A DNA stretch of 64,000 nt from Octopus sinensis (lineage: Eukaryota), in NCBI RefSeq assembly GCF_006345805.1, contig NC_043006.1, positions 24,676,001-24,740,000 on the forward strand, in the 5' to 3' direction. The position numbers and the translations under genes are program-made. The notes under the pieces are model-generated. The model was given only the letters and a program-made list of their open reading frames with translations. It did no database searches and was not told where the DNA came from. Shown one piece after another: positions 62,768-64,000 of the stretch. Within the stretch, counting starts at the first letter, position 1, and every line of letters begins with the position of its first letter.

Positions 62768-64000
62768 CGAGGGGTGTATGAAAAGTTTTTAGCCTAACCT
62801 AGAAATAGGACTGCTAGATAAGATAGCTGAAACAATTTTTTCTGGTAAGTACAGTCTTTTTGGAGCATTCTTGCTCATTTTCATGATACTGATATTTTAA
62901 TATTTTTTTACTGCAGATTTTTGAATTAACATGTATCACGGTTACAAGGAAAATGGAGAAAACTGAGTATCATGCTGTCATAAAGTACCTTCATTTGAAA
63001 GGCATGACTCTATCAGAAATCCATGAAGATATTGGGAGAATCTTAACAGATAATTCTCCTTCATATGCAACAGTCAAACGTTGGGTAAATGAATTCAGGT
63101 GTGGCAGGGAAAGTGTGTAAGTTGATCCCAGACCAGGGGGACCTCCAACTGCAACCATCAAGGACAACCTTGACCTTGTTCTTGGTAGGATAATGCAATA
63201 TCGTTGAATATCATGTCGTTAGATAGCTGAGAGACTAGGCATCTCAACTGAAAGAGCAAACAACATTGTGACAAAAGAACTTGGGTTCTTAAAGGTTTCC
63301 ACAAGGTAAATCCCTCACCTTTTGACTCCTGAACAGAAACATACCAGGTGCACTTTGTCCCTGAGCAATCTGAAACTGTTTGAAGCCGATGAAGAGAATT
63401 TCTTGTTCGTTTCATTACTATGGACGAAAGTTGGGTTCATCACTACCAGCCTGAAACCAAAGAACAATCAAAGCAGTGGAAGCACACATCTTCTCCTACC
63501 CCAAAGAAGGCCAGGGTCATTCCTTCGGCTGGCAAGATCATTTTGGGGGATTCTCAAGGTGTCTTGCTGATCGATTATCTTGAAAAGGGCCACACCATGA
63601 CAGGGCTGTATTATTCTCAGCTACTGAAATGTCTCCGAGAAGCAATCAAAGAAAAAAGGCCAGGAATGCTCACCAGAGGAGTCCTTTTTCATCACAACCA
63701 TGCACCTCAGTGGTTACCATGGCAACAATTCGTGATTGTGGATACGAATCTGTTCCCCATCCACCTTATTTGCCAGACTTATCCTCCTCTGACTTTCATC
63801 TATTCCCAAAAATGAAAATAGCCCTGGCAGGTTGCCATTTTGCCAGTGACAATGACGTCATAGACGCTGTAGGAAGTTTCTTGGAGTCTCAAAAACAAAG
63901 AGTTCTTCTATGCCGGGATAATGGCGCTTCAGCACCACTAAAGAAAGTGTTCAGCCATCGAGGGGGACTATGTTGAAAAATAAATCATCAGAAGACTTGC
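62768..64000 (+). mobile_element. mariner (irritans-like, DD34D), decayed; right TIR probably outside window
   Basis: TA + TIR cgaggggtgtatgaaaag; MEKTEYHAVIKYLHLKG, MDESWVHHYQPETKEQSKQW, PHPPYLPDLSSSDFHLF. Confidence 0.9.

Overview
AT-rich, microsatellite- and transposon-dense animal genomic DNA; the repeat families point to an octopus (inference). One protein-coding gene is well supported: a GALNT11/pgant35A-like polypeptide GalNAc-transferase on the minus strand. Nine coding exons (30339 down to 2377, 468 codons, phases consistent) were assembled by hand; the ricin-lectin exons lie left of the window. A candidate non-coding first exon and promoter sit near 34.1 kb. The rest is mostly TEs: about 12 RTE LINE 3' ends (one young copy with an intact 464-aa ORF carrying a PHD finger inside the RT), CR1, Tx1/L1 and R4-like LINE relics, Gypsy relics, mariner/rosa/pogo/piggyBac/hAT/Merlin-like DNA elements, Helitrons and tRNA-derived SINEs. 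The most unusual signal is a set of Penelope-type minimal hammerhead ribozyme (HHR) motifs. Three copies of a tRNA-headed SINE-like element carry an HHR instead of a poly(A) tail; the intact copy lies sense inside a GALNT11 intron. Three further HHR-like motifs cluster at 56.6-57.6 kb, and a decayed Penelope-like RT at 48.6-49.8 kb may represent the mobilising family. All calls are from manual reading, with no database searches. TE boundaries without a TIR or TSD are approximate.
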